Source: Azolla caroliniana (taxonomy: Eukaryota; Plantae; Polypodiophyta). From it: a DNA stretch of 64,000 nucleotides. The stretch spans positions 22,692,001 to 22,756,000 of the forward strand of contig JBHGNT010000004.1 of assembly GCA_043228905.1 (NCBI GenBank), in the 5' to 3' direction. Shown piece by piece: positions 13,990-28,500 of this stretch; the first letter of the stretch is position 1, and each line of letters begins with the position of its first letter. The position numbers and the translations under genes are program-made. The notes beneath the pieces were generated by a model that ran no database searches, was not told where the DNA came from, and saw only the letters and a program-made list of their open reading frames with translations.

Positions 13990-15345
13990 TCTTTTTTTCC
14001 TTGAAATATTTTATTCAATAGTATTAAAACATTGAGAAAGTACAAGTAAAAGTTAACTGCATGTAGGCTTACAACGTAATGTATGTACACCTAAACTTGT
14101 ACATACAAAAACAGCTTATATAGGGTTGTTGAGCCTTAAACGATAAATTAACATGTTGGTTTTAAATAAAGAATGGGTCCATGGAAGATGATAATTCCAT
14201 TGAGGTCTTTGGTTTGTCATTACAAAGAGAGGCACCTTCCTCCATAAGTGAAGAAGCTTCATCCTTCTTTTATGAATATTTTCTGGAGAATCAGATATGC
14301 TATCATACTACCCACGAACTACTGTCAACAATGTTTCCCATATCTCAAGCAATACCTCTGGAATGCCAAGCTTTGCGGCATCGTAAAGTTGACTGCATCT
14401 ACATTTCCATAATACCCATAATGTTATCGTGGTCACAGTTTTCCAGATCTGGACAGATCACATTTGCTTTCGAGGTTGTTGAAACGGACTAACTGATATC
14501 AATCTTCTATTATATACCATCATGGCCTCTTGTATATCATCTGCCTCATACAACATCAGGCTGGAGTGTAATATTCCCCACACCGCTACTCCCCATGAGA
14601 ACAAGCAACCAACATTGATTGTTAGGAATAAATGAAGAACTTTATTCCATACTTGCTGAGCCAAGGGACAAGACCAAAGGGCATGCTTAGTAGTCTCCGG
14701 CGCTGCATAGCAAAATCCACATTGCCTGAGATTATGTGCTACATTCCCTTTTAACGTCTGGCCAACTGGTAATGCAACATGTACTAATAGCCATCTAAAA
14801 AGAATAAATTTAGAAGGCCCCTTGAAAGACCATATCCATCTCCAATATGTTTTCAATTGCAACGTTGAAACACCCCAGTTAGTCCAATGTTTTTGTGCTA
14901 TTGGCGCTATTACATTCATAGACCTTAGTAATGACCTTCCTAGGTTTACTGAATACTAAAAAAAGGGAACCTTTATGATATGTTCCCCCAAGGAATATGT
15001 CCAGAACCAGCCCCCCCGGATCCCATAGTAGTCTTGCAACAGGTTCTTTTGCATACAACCACATCATATCACACATATGAGCAATAGAAGGATAAGGATC
15101 CAATAGCCACTTCTTTCCCATTTTTGCAATCACTCTGACTGGTGCATTCCGCACATGCTGAAAGTAGCTGCAGTCAAAAGCATGAGGTTGCATTCTATTG
15201 TTATCCAGAACTTCAAAATAAGAGATGCACCCATTAGGTGAGATACCCTTGACAACCAACAATATATCATTTATGAAGCATCCAAACCAGAAATGCTCCT
15301 GTATGGGTTTGAAAGTCGCCGCTAATGAGGAATATATCATTAGGT
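13990..15345 (-). mobile_element. 3' fragment of an L1-type LINE (zf-RVT region, 3' UTR, short poly-A)
   Basis: ORF 14458-14919 reads W.W....PSK...FRWLLVH.ALPV...CGFC...PET..HALWSC..AQ.VW (zf-RVT); the minus strand ends with aataaa followed by an A-rich tail near 13990-14016. Confidence 0.8.
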
Positions 15346-16320
15346 TAGAGCTCCTTCTTGTAGGCGTGACATTTCATTGATTAACATGGGATGGATGATC
15401 GAGCAATAATATTGCTTATTGTCATCATGCTACTAAGTTCAAGATTTGGCCAATGCATGGTGCAAAGCTTTACTCAATGCATGGGCTAGATCATGGAGAG
15501 TTCTTGAAGGAACCCTTCATGGTTCTAATGTGGTGTCATATTGTGAAGAGTTACCCACGAAGGAGCCCTTTACAGTTCTAATGTGGCATGGCAATATGAG
15601 TCAATGAGTTCTATGATGGAGAGATACCCACAAGAGATCTCTTGTATTTCTCCTATGTTGAGCTTACCACGAGAGACCAACTTATGAGCTCTTCATGAGA
15701 GCTCAATAGCACAAAAATGTCACAAGCATCACAAAATTAAAGGGAGATTTGAAGGCATGAGTTTGCATCCCACATCATGCCAAATTTTTAGTGTATAGAA
15801 GAATCCCAAATTACTTTCTTTTTCATCTTGATCTGAAGTTCAACATGGCAAGTGTGGTGCCATTCAAAATTTCCTAGTTGTGGGGAATTTCATAGTGTCG
15901 ACTTCCGCTAGAAATTGTTATGGTTGTATGTAAGAACGAGATCAAATTGAATAAAAGACTAACAAAAGAAGAGAGAAATAAGAGATAATGTAAGTGTATT
16001 AATGAGAAGAATAAGATTACCAAAATACATCAAAGATTGCCATTGAACTGAAATGGTTCATCAATAAATAGATGTGACCGGGGTTTTGTTCTAGATGCCA
16101 AACTTGTATTGGTCACATGTGTCGATTCATGGTTGAGCTTCTGCTTTGACTTAAAAATTCTAGGCTTTGAAAAAGTCTTCCTCCAACTTGCCCAATCATG
16201 TCGGATTAGACGTGCCATGCTTACTTTCTCGATATGGTCTCGCTTTTCGTCTTTTGCTTATCTCGATATTGATTCTTCATGCGTGTCTTGGTCTTGGTCT
16301 TGTTACTCATCTTTGTACGT

Positions 16321-17064
16321 TGTCGTGAAGATTCCGGGCCATGGTGAGAAATCAGGGAATATCGAAAGAATTAGCGAAGTGTATCATGTGCACTTACCCT
16401 TGTAAAAACGTGTGAATAATAGGGGTGCATTTATGGCGCCGAGTAGGAGTCAAGTCGGGACAGAGAATCCCATGTAAAATCGGGATTTATCCCACATTGT
16501 AACGCATCCCTCTCCTTGTTCTATAAAAGGAAGGGAGGGTCCCTTGTAGAGGGGTTGCCCATTTTGAGTCTTCGTGTCTGTCTAGGGTTTAGTTCGGTTA
16601 GGAGCTCGTATGTCCGAAAGGGGTTTAGGCTTCTACCTTGTCTCCTATGCAAGACCCCACGTGACACGACGAGCCCGAGAGCTCCCCGATCGACGGCTTG
16701 GCAGCAGACTGTTGTTGTAACCTAACCTACCTTGGTCCGGCTCAAAGCCGAAGTTGTATCTTGCTCCTGTAATTATATATATAAAAGGTTGTGCATATTT
16801 GTGTCTCTATTGGTGTCAGATGTGTTATTTCCCTTTGTTTCATGTACATAAGAGGCGTGTGTTGAGTCGGTGTTGCGCGCATGGTCTCTCTCTCTCTCCC
16901 TCTCGTGTTCGGTAGCCGCTGGTATGCGTCCGGAATCGCTCCAGTTTGCGCCACAACTGGTGCAGCCGGGACTGCAGGGAAGTCGGCTTCTCGACACCCA
17001 TCTCTTCCTCGTCCGAGACCCTCGTGGTCCCACCCCTTTCGACACGTACCCGCGGAAAACCGCG
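16321..17064 (+). mobile_element. Solo LTR of the tRNA-Trp/CpG-target Gypsy family (third LTR subtype)
   Basis: Starts TGTCGTGAAGA; homologous to LTRs at 44943-45721 and 21531-22289 (cccacattgtaacg..ccctctccttgttctataaaagg, gagaccc..gtggtccc); flanked by ACGT at 16317-16320 and 17065-17068; terminal ACA apparently lost. Confidence 0.85.
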
Positions 17065-17517
17065 ACGTGTACTCCCGAGTGGTCTAAGCTTAGTCTACAT
17101 CCATCGATAATTGTGCCAACTTGTATTAGATGTCAAAGTCCCTAGCCAATATTTGCCGATGCATATCGAATCCTTTGCAAGTTGTGTTGAGATGGCATTA
17201 CACTTGGTCGTTTTGAACTTGTAGAGTAGGTTCAACATTTAGTGACATTGTGAGAGTAGGAACCCGTCTAGAGCTCTAATGACCTTGATGCCAATAAAAT
17301 AATACAAGTCCTTTATCTCAAACTTTTCTGAAAGCAGTTTTATGATTTTCGAGGTCTTGGGACCAATGATGACAATGCCATCAACTTACAAGATAACAAA
17401 GACAAGGATTTTGGGATTGTTCTAGATAGACAATGAGTTGTCTGATTTTGGCATCTAGAAGTTGATGTTGTAACGTGTAGAGAATCGACGACGATTCTGT
17501 GCAGTAGAAGAACTGTG

Positions 17518-17564
<47 letters not shown>

Positions 17565-17585
17565 AACCTTTAGCGAGTCAAGTCA

Positions 17586-19061
17586 TTGCTTTTCTCCACA
17601 TCGCCAACTCGTTCAGAGGGCTTTCCAAGTATTATTTGGACGTTACGTTTCGTTATCATTACAAGAAGCTACAAGCAAAAGTGTCATCGTCTCAATGATG
17701 ATGGTTATGAAAATTACAAGAGGCAAAAGTGTATTGATTCTACAAAACATGAGAAAACATCATATGCTGCTATTCTTGGTGGGAAAGATGTTATTGGAGA
17801 TGATTATGATATTGACAGTTGTTGTGATTTTGTTAAGGCTTTGCTTTCCGATTTTATGGAAAAAAATGAGAAAGATGCTAAAGATTGTGTGGAGGAGGAT
17901 GTTGCCGAGGTAGTGATGGAGACCAACTCTATGTTAGCAACTTTTGACAGGTTCTATGATTGTGGTGTTATTTTGTATTTCACTAGCAAACTTCCTTTGG
18001 TATCATGGATTAAGCAGTGGTTGAATTCATTCATAATGCCTAATTGTGTTGAGGATGTGTATGTGGGTCCAAGAGGTTTCTATGATGTAGTTTTTCGATC
18101 GTCAGAACACCGTACAACTTTGATGGCAAAGATACCAATCTTTTTTGATAGAAGATTAGTGCATGTGATGGAATGGGTTCCAGTGGTGGATTATAAAGAT
18201 TTATTAAAACAAAAATATCCAATTTGGGTGACCGTTGATTGTAGTAACTCATTCTTTTGGGATTTACTACTAGGATTGATGTCCCAAATTGGTAAAGTTT
18301 TGGTTGCTCCTCATGTTAATTCATTGAACAAATGTAGATTTTGCATGTTATGGGATACAAGTTGTAAACTTCCAGGATGGTTGAGTATCGATACATCTCG
18401 ATTTAGTCAATTTCGTTTTAAGCTTCAATGGGAAACTTTTGCAGGACATTGTTTTAAATGTGGTAAATTGGGGCATTTTATGGCTAAATGGCAATATCAT
18501 GGTGAACTATCCCCAGATGGGAAAAATAAGGAAGATGTTGAGAAGGATATTGTCTCAATGGTTGATATGGCCATGGATGAGGGAACATCTCATGGGTTAG
18601 AGCGAGATCCTAAAGTTCATGGTCATGTTAGAGGTGTTGGGGAGGAGAATGGAGTATGTAATAATGATGTCCCAAATGTTGAAGATGGAGGGTGACATCA
18701 AGTGAAGAATAAGATAAAAGGGAAGGGTGTTGCCATACAAAGGGAATCAAAAAATACTTATGGTACGACATTACCAAAAGATAATTTGAGATTGAAGAAG
18801 GGGTTTAAGAAAAATTCTTGGCAGAAACAAGTGCGAAATTAGAGATTGTCCAACCAATTACAATTCGATTCTTTAGGAAGGGTGGTACGACCTCAATTAA
18901 ATCAAGGACATCGTTCTCGTGGAGCTAGACAACAAAACCCTAATATTGGTGGAGGGGATGTATTACACACAAATCCTTATGCAACTCTTGAACAAGTAGT
19001 TAGTACATTCATGAATACACTTGCTCATAAAGAGCAAGTTCTTACCAAAGGTGTTAAATGA
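17586..19061 (+). pseudogene. LINE ORF1 (DUF4283-like RNA-binding region plus zinc knuckle), two in-frame stops
   Basis: GFYDVVF..., W.PV, PIWV, IGKVL and CFKCGKLGH...W knuckle; 17586-18695 and 18846-19061 are in the same frame, broken by TGA (18693) and TAG (18840); true start codon uncertain. Confidence 0.8.
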
Positions 19062-20102
19062 AAGTGGTATCATGGAATGTGAGAGGGGCATCTTCTCCTC
19101 ATAAGAAATATATATTATGGAAAACTTTATTTGATAAAGATTGGGATGTTTTATGTGTAGTTAAACATAAGTGTCATGATTTAGCAGGATCTGTGTTACA
19201 TTTGTGTGGATATTCCGCGTATTATGCAAGACAGTTATCACATCATTACTCAGGGGTTGTCATGATTATTCGTGATTTGTTTTGTCCACATATAGTCTAT
19301 AATGATCCATATGGACGTTTTTTGGTGATGGAAATCAAGTATTTTGAGGATTTGACATGGTTGGTAGGAATCTATGCACCCAATAATGCTAATCAACGCA
19401 TTGAGTTATGGTCTTCAATGTATCCACGGTTATTAGTGGGACGTGTTGGTTTGTTAATGGATGATTTTAATATGTGTGTTGATGCTTCACAATCTACTTC
19501 ACGATTCTCATTGATGGATTCTCCTGAGCAAGCAATTTGGGACAAATTGGCATCAAAGGTTTTGAAGTTGGATGTATGGAAATGGTTGCATCAAGATGAG
19601 GTTGGGTTTACATTTCAGTCTATTCAATACAAGGAAACATGGAGTAGGCTAGATAGAATGTATGTTATGCATGATGAGTCTTTTTTGCCAGAGATGCTTA
19701 ATATGTCAATTATGCAAGAGGTTGTGACATCAGATCATTTTCCCATATGTTTTGAGTTTAATAAACATGGGGTAGATATGTACAAAACATTGCTTCAACG
19801 AGTTCCTTTGAGGTTTAATTCTTTTTTATTATTACATTCTTTATTTGATGCCTATATGCAACAAATTTTTGGCATGTTTTCAGAACAAGTTATTTCAAAA
19901 GGACGGCATGCATGGGATACAACACTACAAAACATCAATGATATTCATCGTATGTATGGTATGACTAATGCTAAAAGACGTAAGAAATTGATTGATAGGT
20001 TTTCATATATTATTACGCGGTGCAATGTACTATTGATGAATAATCCACATGATGAAGAGCTTTTGGATGTTCAAGTTCAAGTACAGGACATTCTGAAGAA
20101 TT
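19058..20102 (+). pseudogene. LINE ORF2 APE endonuclease domain, truncated by a Copia insertion
   Basis: MKVVSWNVRG, GIYAPN, DFN, SRLDR and SDHFP motifs; the ORF runs into the Copia LTR at 20103. Confidence 0.92.
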
Positions 20103-21530
20103 TGTAGAGAAACACACGGAATATCGCTCGGCCACAACCGAGTAGTAAGTCTCTTCTATAAGAATCAAACACAGAAATGGGAAATGGAGAGTACACAAGA
20201 AAAATGACACATGATGTTTACATGGAAAACCCTAATAGGGAAAAACCACGGGAGCCCACAGACTCTCCGAACTATCGCTATGAAGAGAAGGGGTACAATC
20301 AAAGACTCAAAGGCAACGACCTCGAGCTCTGTTTCTTCGCATAGTGCCGGTTACAACAGAGCATCACTCTGTATCTCTCTCTCTCCTTCTCACTCTGTAC
20401 AACAGTTACACCAATATGACAACAACACAATCACTTGCTAAACTGATTGCCCTAAGTCATATTTATAGTTATATGAACTTAGGGCTATTTACAAATATAG
20501 CCTCAATGGGCTTATTCAAGACATATTTACAAATTTGTCTTCTCTTCCGGTTCTCACCGGGTCCTCTTTATTCATCACTGGATCCCATCCAGAAAGACCG
20601 ATTTCCCAACAATCTCCCCCCTTCACTCCGGTATGGGATGTCTTGTAAGTCAGATCTGCTTCCGGCATGCATCCAACTTGTCGGGTGTCAGCACCTTGAT
20701 TAGCATATCCGACCTGTTCTCCTCCGTGTGGATCTTCGTTAGCACGACCTCTCAATCTTCAACTCGCTCCCGAATCCAATGGTACATGCGCTGGATGTGC
20801 TTCGTTCTTGATGATAGGCCGCGTTCTTTGCAAGGTGGATGACGCTTTGACTATCACAGTAGAGCCAATATTCCTCTTGTTGGATCCCTAACTCTTCGAT
20901 GAAGTCCTTCATCCAGATTATCTCCTTGCCGGCTTCTACAACTGCCATCTACTCCACCTCTGTGGTTGACAACGCAACCATCTTCTGCAGCCTCGACTGC
21001 CATGATATTGCTCCCCCCGCATAAGTCATTACATATCCGGATGTAGACCAACTAACATATCCGAATTCGTGAATCCGTCAAGTTGGGGATTACCGGAGCC
21101 AAACCGGAGGCACATACTCTGCCTTTCAGATACCGGAGTATCCATTGACCGCATTCCAATGCTCTTTGCCGGGATTGCTCATGAACCGGCTCACCACTCT
21201 GACTGGATATCCGATATCCGGCCAGGTACATACCATTGCGTACATGAAGCTCCTGACGGCAGAGGCATATGGTGTCTTCATCATATCCGCCTTCTCCGCC
21301 TTTGTCCTCGGGCTTTGTTTTCCGAATAGCTTACAGTTTGCCGGAAGTGTCGATCTGACTGGTTTCGTCTCCAACATGTTGAATCGTTGAAGCACCTTTG
21401 TCACATACTTCTCCTGTGATAGCCACAACAACTTCTTCGACCGGTCCCCGATGATGTGCATTCGCAATATCTGTCTTGCTGGTCCCAAGTCTTTCATTAA
21501 AAAGGTCTAGGTCAAAGCCTTCTTCAACGT
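20103..21530 (-). mobile_element. Copia-1 (Tnt1/Tork-like), 3' part: 3' LTR 20103-20611, PPT, RNase H and RT C-terminus
   Basis: Minus-strand LTR TGTTGGG...CTCTACA preceded by PPT agtgaaggggggagat; ORF fragments MKDLGPARQIL..LWLSQEKY, PYASAV.S.MYAMVCT, LYCDSQS.IHLAKN. Confidence 0.92.
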
Positions 21531-22980
21531 TGTCGCGTTGTTACGCGCGTGCGTGTAGAAAGGCGGGACCACGGGGGTCCTGGACTAAGGAGTGATGGAG
21601 CGCAAGAAGTCGTGCTTCACCCTTTCCTGGGCACCCTAGGAGCACACCGGAAGCAACCGAATGAGAGAGAGAAAGAGAGGGAGAAAGAGAGGGAGCGCGC
21701 GCTTGACACTAACTCACGCACGCACACACACACACACACGCCGACCCGACTCACGCCCTTATGTGCAGGAACGCAGGAAAGGGGAAGCACCTGACACCAA
21801 CAAAGACATGAATATACACAGACAAACGCAAAAGTATGTATTACAAGGGAAAGAATACAACCCCGGCTTCGAGCTGGACCAAGCTAGGGTAGGTTACAAC
21901 AATAGTTTGCAGCCAAGCTGCCGTCCGGGGAGCTCTCGGGCTCATCACGCAGAGCGGGGTCTTGCACAGGAGACCGAGCAAAAACAACCCTCCACAGTCC
22001 ACCCACACCACGAAGAAGAGGAAGACGTAGAAGAACTAACCCTAAATCTAACGGTATACCCTCTAACACAAAATGGGCAACCCCTCTACAAGGGACCATC
22101 CCTTTCTTTTATAGAACAAGGAGAGGGATGTGTTACAATGTGGGATAAATCCCGATTTACATGGGATTCTTCGTCCCGACTTGACTCCTATTATTCACAC
22201 AATTACATGAGGGTGAGTGCACATGGTGCACCCCGCCGATGTAGCCAATATTTCCCGGTTTCCGCCTCTGAACGAAATTCTTCACGACATCCACCCCCAC
22301 CTAACCGCACGTCCACCGGTACGTGCCAAATCCGGTGAAGGGTGAGAGATTTCGGCCGGTGGGAAACCGGTCTTCCGTAATCCGCATCTCGGCTCGCTGC
22401 CGGTTTGAACCGTCGGCTTCAGTTCTCCCTTCGCGCTTACCTCTCTGTAGGCTCGTTTGACCCGTCGATGGGTCCTTCGCCGCGATCTCCGTAGTACGCG
22501 TACTTCCGCAGGCCCTTGTTCGACCGTATGCACGCTCCGTTCTCCATCGTATGCCCGATGTCCTCCGCTTGAGGAACGCCCGTAGTGGCCCGCTTGGCCT
22601 CCGTCGACCATTCGTGTTGTCTTGGTTGCCGTCCCATGTTGTTTCGCGTTGCCTTCCTCCTCTCGCCACCACCTTCCTTCTCCATGGTCTTACGTCGCCG
22701 CGTCGGCTCGAACCGCCATGGTCTCCAGAACGGTGTGGAGGATCCTTCTCTGGCCTTCTACGCGCTACCGCCGAACCGTGCAACCCATCTTCGCGCTCGC
22801 TTTTACGCTCCAGCACCTCCGTGTGCCGCATACCCTCGTCCGTAGTTTGGCACTACTTGTGCCGTACTTCGGTTCATTGCACGCCTTGTCGGCCCCTTTC
22901 TCTGCCAGATCGTGCATCGCCGCTCATCCGCATACCAGTGTCCTCCGCATCCGAGGAACACTCCGTAGTAGCCCGCTTGG

Positions 22981-23433
22981 TGTTACCCGTTCCTTTGGGT
23001 GAACACCTTCGATAGATCTGCGTCTATCGGTCTTCAAGGGCGTGGTACGTGAAGGCTCGTAACAGAGGCGTCGAGAGAGATACAGGGCTCAGAGAGAAAA
23101 CACTAGCGAGGTTTTGATAGAGGTGGCGGCGTGAAACTCATAGGTATGGATCAAAGCACAGACTCATGCAACAAAATAGGCACAATTAAGATATATTACT
23201 ATGGCAGAAAAGGATTACAGAACACGGCCTATGGCCGGTGACCTTACGAGTCTATCTAATTACGAATGACTAAGCTAGTGCTTCCGCCTATATTTCTTCT
23301 CTCTCCTCTGAGGTACTGCTCCTCGTTTAAATAACTTTTCCCCTAACACACAACCGAGCCATTGGTGGCCCGTGATACTCGGACTCGGCGTTTGCTAATT
23401 TCCTAATTTTACATTTCTATCCTCTGGACAACA
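22981..23433. mobile_element. Unrelated solo LTR (453 bp) inserted in A1, 5-bp TSD CTTGG
   Basis: TGTT...AACA ends; CTTGG at 22976-22980 and 23434-23438; absent from the homologous position in A2 (~44305). Confidence 0.88.
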
Positions 23434-25542
23434 CTTGGCCCTTCCCATTTTCGTGTTGCTGCAACAGGCCCTGAGTCTTCCGCTTGATGTCGTCCCCTTG
23501 CCCCCACCAGTGTGTCACCTGGGCTTGCCGTGTCAGTCTTCGCTATTTCGACGGAGCTACCGAGATTTACGAAGCGAGTGTGGAGGATCCTCTTCCGGCC
23601 TCTATTGCCATCCCCTGACTCCGACCTTGTGCAGTCCACTATGTACCCGTCACCTCGTTCCCAGCACCTCCCTTGTGCTGTCTTCCGCTTCCTTTGTTCG
23701 GCACCGCCCGTGCCGAACACCGTCCCGTAGTCATGCCTCGATCTGGCCCACGATGGCCACTTGCGAGACTCTTGTTCCGTCCCAAGTGTGCCTTTCCGGC
23801 CCGACACACCTCCACGTGTTTGCCCCTACGGGCTCCTTCCGTAACCGGCCTGTAAGGGTTTCGCACTTCGTCTATCCCCGTCTTACCGACCTTTGTCGAT
23901 GCTGGGTCCCGTGCCTTGCTGCCACCTTCCTTCTCCCTCGGTCTTACGTTGCCACGTTGGACGAACAACCGGGGTCTCCAGAACTGGTCTGAAGATCTCA
24001 TAGGACCGGCCTGATACCTTCTTTCTCTGCTTCCGTCGTCCGATCACGTTCACCTGCCGCCACCGATCTCTCCTATAGGACTCACGTCGGCACTCGGGTC
24101 GACCGCCGGATCGGTGTGAGGATCTTCGTGGGACTGCCCATCCGCGGTCTTTGCCTTCGTCCCCTCGCCGCCACCGATCGTCACTCTAGATCTCACGCCG
24201 GCTCTCGGGCCGACCGTCGGAGTCTCCGGATCCGGTGTGAAGGATCCTCCTCGGGCTCGTTGTATTTTTGACCCTTATCCTCGGTCTTCCTTCTTTCGCA
24301 AGTCGAGAGGGTGGCTCGCTCCACACCCTCACCTGTGGTACCGACGTACCGTGTTCCCGGCCTCTTCGTAGGCCTGCTCTCTTTCTCCCTCCCGGAATGG
24401 TTTCTCGGAAGTCCGCTCCGCCTGGTTCTCGTCCGGGTCCGTCCATCATTCTCTGGATTTTCGGGTCCCGTTCTCTTGTCGCCACTGATCTCTCCTATAG
24501 GACTCACGCTAGCACTCGGCCGACAGCTGGATCGGTGTAAGGAACTCCATAGGACCGGCCTTCATTCTCCTGTACTTCTCCTGAACTCGTCGTCGCTCTC
24601 CTTGCTGCGTTCCCGCCTGGATCTTCCATCTCTTTCGGTCTTATGTTGCCCCGTCGACCGAACAGCCGAAGTCACCGGATAGGATGTGGCGTAACCGATT
24701 TCGCAACGTCTTTCGGCAACTCGTCCTGGCCACCGCCCCTTTTAGTGGTGTCGGTGGATAGCATCCGCTCTATGATCAATCAAGCCCCGCCTAAGCTTGA
24801 TTCTCCAATGTTCGGAGTTTCGGCTTCGATGCCGACCTTGCCAGACTCGTTGTCGAGGTATTCCTCGTGGATGCGTGGAATGAGGCGGGACCTCGGGGGT
24901 CTTGTACCGAAGAGCAAGAGAGAAAAGGAGAAGAGGCCCACTACGTGCGAGTGTAGATTCACAGGGACACGGCCCTTCGACACAAAGACGCGAGTGGGAC
25001 GGCGACATAGAGAGACACGAATGTATGTATGTATTAACAAAGACAACAACAAGAAGCACGAAATCGGTTACAACCGAACAGGCCGGCGAACAGATGCCGA
25101 TGCCTGTTCGTAAACGCACAGAAAGGAAGAAGTAGGTTGGAGGTGCTGTCGGAAGCACTTGGGCATTCCTAAGAGCAGCGCGAGCCTCCCGAAACCTGCA
25201 CAGAAAGGAACTATAGAGAATGGAAGAGAGAGAAGCCTTTGGCCCGCAATCCGACAGCACTTCGTCCTCTCTAATTCCGCCCTCCCCTTCGCCCCTCCTC
25301 GTCTCCCTCCTTTTATAGGCAAGGAAGTAGCCGTTTCCCCTTTACTTCCTACCTACCGAATCTACCTGCCTAGGATCTCCTATGTACAACATAAGGCGCA
25401 CGTGCATGAAGAGCCGGTTCCTACGCTCCGGTGCACCGATTCCGCTTGTGGACGGTTTTCTTCACGACATCCGCCCCCACCTAACCGCGCATCCACAGGC
25501 ATGCGCCAAGTTGAGTTGGGACGGAGAAAACCGGTCCAACCT

Positions 25543-28500
25543 TCATTCCCCGCCCGTCGGTTCTTCCTCAGTTTCGGATCGTTCGTCGTCCCGGTCCAGG
25601 TTATCCGGATCCGGCTCGTCGTCGTGACGCTTCTTGAACGCTTTGATCCGCTTCCCAGCTACCGGTATCGCCACTCTCGTGCCGTCGAGTTCCGCTAGAT
25701 GGTATGTCCCGTTGTCGTTGGCGCTTTGTACCACGTAAGGCCCGAACCACCTTCTTGCGAACTTCCGTGTCGCTCGGTGTTGGTTGTCGAGGCTGCTGTC
25801 GTAGACTAGCACCCAGTCGCCTTCCTCGATCTTCTTCGGTTGGAGCCGGTGCGTTCGGTCGAACCGGGCTTTGTTCCTTATCCTTGCTTCCCGAAGCTTT
25901 CCCGCAGCCTGCTCCACGTCTTCCGGCCTTCGCTCGAGCTGACGTATGCGTGCCGCCAATAGTTCCTCCCGGCTCATCTCGTCTCTCCAGTCCACGGTTG
26001 CCCACGAGGAGATCGTACGTTCCATCGGCATGATCGGCTTTTGCCCAAATATGAGCTCTGCCGGCATGAATCCGGTTACCGAACTGTGCGTAGTTCGGTC
26101 CGCCCACAACGCGTAAGGCAACAGCCGCGGCCAGTTCCCGACTTGACCTCCGCATGCCCGAACTAACGCCTTGACGATCGGTCCGTGTCCGCGCTCCACC
26201 TTCCCCTTCGCCTCTGGATTGTACGCAGTGGTAAGCGAGAGCTTGACTCCTAGCCGGTCGAACAGCTCCTCAGCCTCTTCGGCATCCAACTCCCCGCGAT
26301 CAGCCACGATCTTCCCGACGCACCCGTACCGGCATATCACGTCCTCGATCAGGAACCGACATACGGCCGCGGTCGTTTTGTTCTGAAGGGCTCGGCCTTC
26401 CACCTGGTTCGTCAGATCTTCCCGAGCCAGGACTAGATACCGCATCTGTCCTACTCCCATCGGCATCGTCACCAGGTCTACCATCCATTTCAAGTGGATG
26501 GTCGGAGGGTACGTAGGCTGAAGCTCGTCCCGATGTCGGACTACAGAGTGCATCTGACAGCTCTCGCAAGTCGTCAAGAACCAATGCACATCCCAGTACA
26601 GTCCCGACCACCAGTACTTCCCCTTTATCTTCTCGAACGTGGACCACGTTCCACGGTGTCCAGCCCAAGGGCTGTCGTGGTAGGCCGTCAGCAGCTCCTC
26701 CTGTTCTTCCTTCATCGCCACCACCCGGAGCGGGACGCCGTTCCTCTTCTTCGGGTGCTTCCATAAGTATCCGTCCCGGAGAAAGAATCGGTATGCTTTC
26801 TTCCGGATCCGGTTGACTTCGTCCCTCGTCCATGACGCATCCGACGTCATTGTCCTAAAAAATCCACTGATCTGGAGCCACTCGCCGTCGTACTTGCTCT
26901 CGTCGAAGTCGTTAAGTGCCAGAGTGCTCGTCCCATCTCGTCACGTACGCCGCCTCGAAGAAGTCCACGCCGACTTCTTCGTCCTCCGAAACCATGCCGC
27001 CCTCGTCATCAATCCTCGCCCTCGAAAGCATGTCGGCCATGGCGTTGTCCTTTCCGGAAATGTGCCGTATTTTCGGGTCCAGGGACTTGATGTACGCTAT
27101 CCACCTGAGCATCGCCAGGTCCGGCGTCGCGCATCCGAAAACCATGCCGAGAATTGGCAGGCAATCCGTCTCGATAACCACTTCTGTCCCGATCAGGTAG
27201 TCTTTGTCGGCCTTTACTGCCGAACGATACCCCAGAGTTCGCGTTTAACCTGGGCGTACCCTCGCTGTCGCTCACTGAGGACCTTCGTGCCGAATCGGAT
27301 CGGGAACCGAATGCCGTCCTTGTCTTCTTGGTTGACGACCCATCCGATCCCGGTCGGGCTCGTATCCACCGTTATGTATACCAGGGAACCCTTCTCGTAG
27401 ACAGCCTTCCGGAGCGCCGGAGCTGCCGCAAGAGCTTCCTTCAGCTTCCGGACCGACTCCGTGTGCTCGTCTCGCCACTCGAATCTTCGCCCCTTCTTCA
27501 GCAACCCATATAGCAGCTCCGTAACGTGGGCGTAATGTGGGATCCATATGTGGTAGAACGCGCACGCCCCCAGGAACCTCTGAACGTCCGTAACCGAGCT
27601 ATAGTCGGTTTTCATCGCGGAGATGGCTTCTACCTTTGCCAGAGACGGCTTCCGGCCATATGGTCCACATAGGTGTCCGACCACCAGAATTTCTGATTGC
27701 CCAAATGCCGATTTCTCCCCGGAGAAGGTGAGCCTCGCATCCTCTAGCCTTTGTAGCACCTTCTCGCAGTCGTCGATGTGTGTTGCCACGAATCGCCGGC
27801 ATCCGTCCAGTCCGAGTGTTGCGTCCTTCTCTTCCACCGGGCACCCCTTGATTGGGATGTCGTCTAGAAACGGCATGGTGATGTCCGGGATGCAATCCCT
27901 CAGTACCTTGTTCATTGCATTCACCATGTCGGCCACCGAGTTGGTCCCTCCTTGTGGCAGGGTACACATTCGCACTAGGCCGAGGGGAGTTCGCATCGTC
28001 GTAATGTCTTTGCTCTCAACGGCTAGCTGGAACTGGTCGTACCCCGAGTATAGATCACCGACCGAGTAAATCGACCTTCTGGCGAAAGCCTCCGCGAACT
28101 CATCTATGGTCGGTCCGATTCCTGCGTTCCGAATGGTCACTCTGTTGACCGGCTACAGGTCTTGAATGAAGCGCATCGTTCCGTTTTTCTTCGGTACGGT
28201 AAACCATCGGTTCGAGTATGGGGCACTCGACGGTTCGAGAATGCCCATATCTTCTTTCTACCTCAATAGCTCCATCAACTTTGGGATGTGAGCTCTCGGT
28301 ACCGGAATCGGCTTGAGATTCCATGGCACATGCGGTACCGTGAATATCACCATCGGCTCCACAATCGTCGGGTCTATGCACCCGATCTCTTCCGGTGAGA
28401 ATGCGAAGGCCTTTCCGTGCCTTCCGAGCATTCTCCGAAACCGGTCTTCCTCCGCCGGCAATAGGAACCCGCCCCCACCGATCCTGAGCTCCCGGAGCGT

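Noticed and set aside
13990-20102. The minus-strand LINE 3' fragment and the plus-strand LINE 5' part as one inverted element
   Set aside because: The RT domain is missing, about 2 kb of unrelated DNA separates them and there is no shared TSD; independent copies are the simpler explanation.
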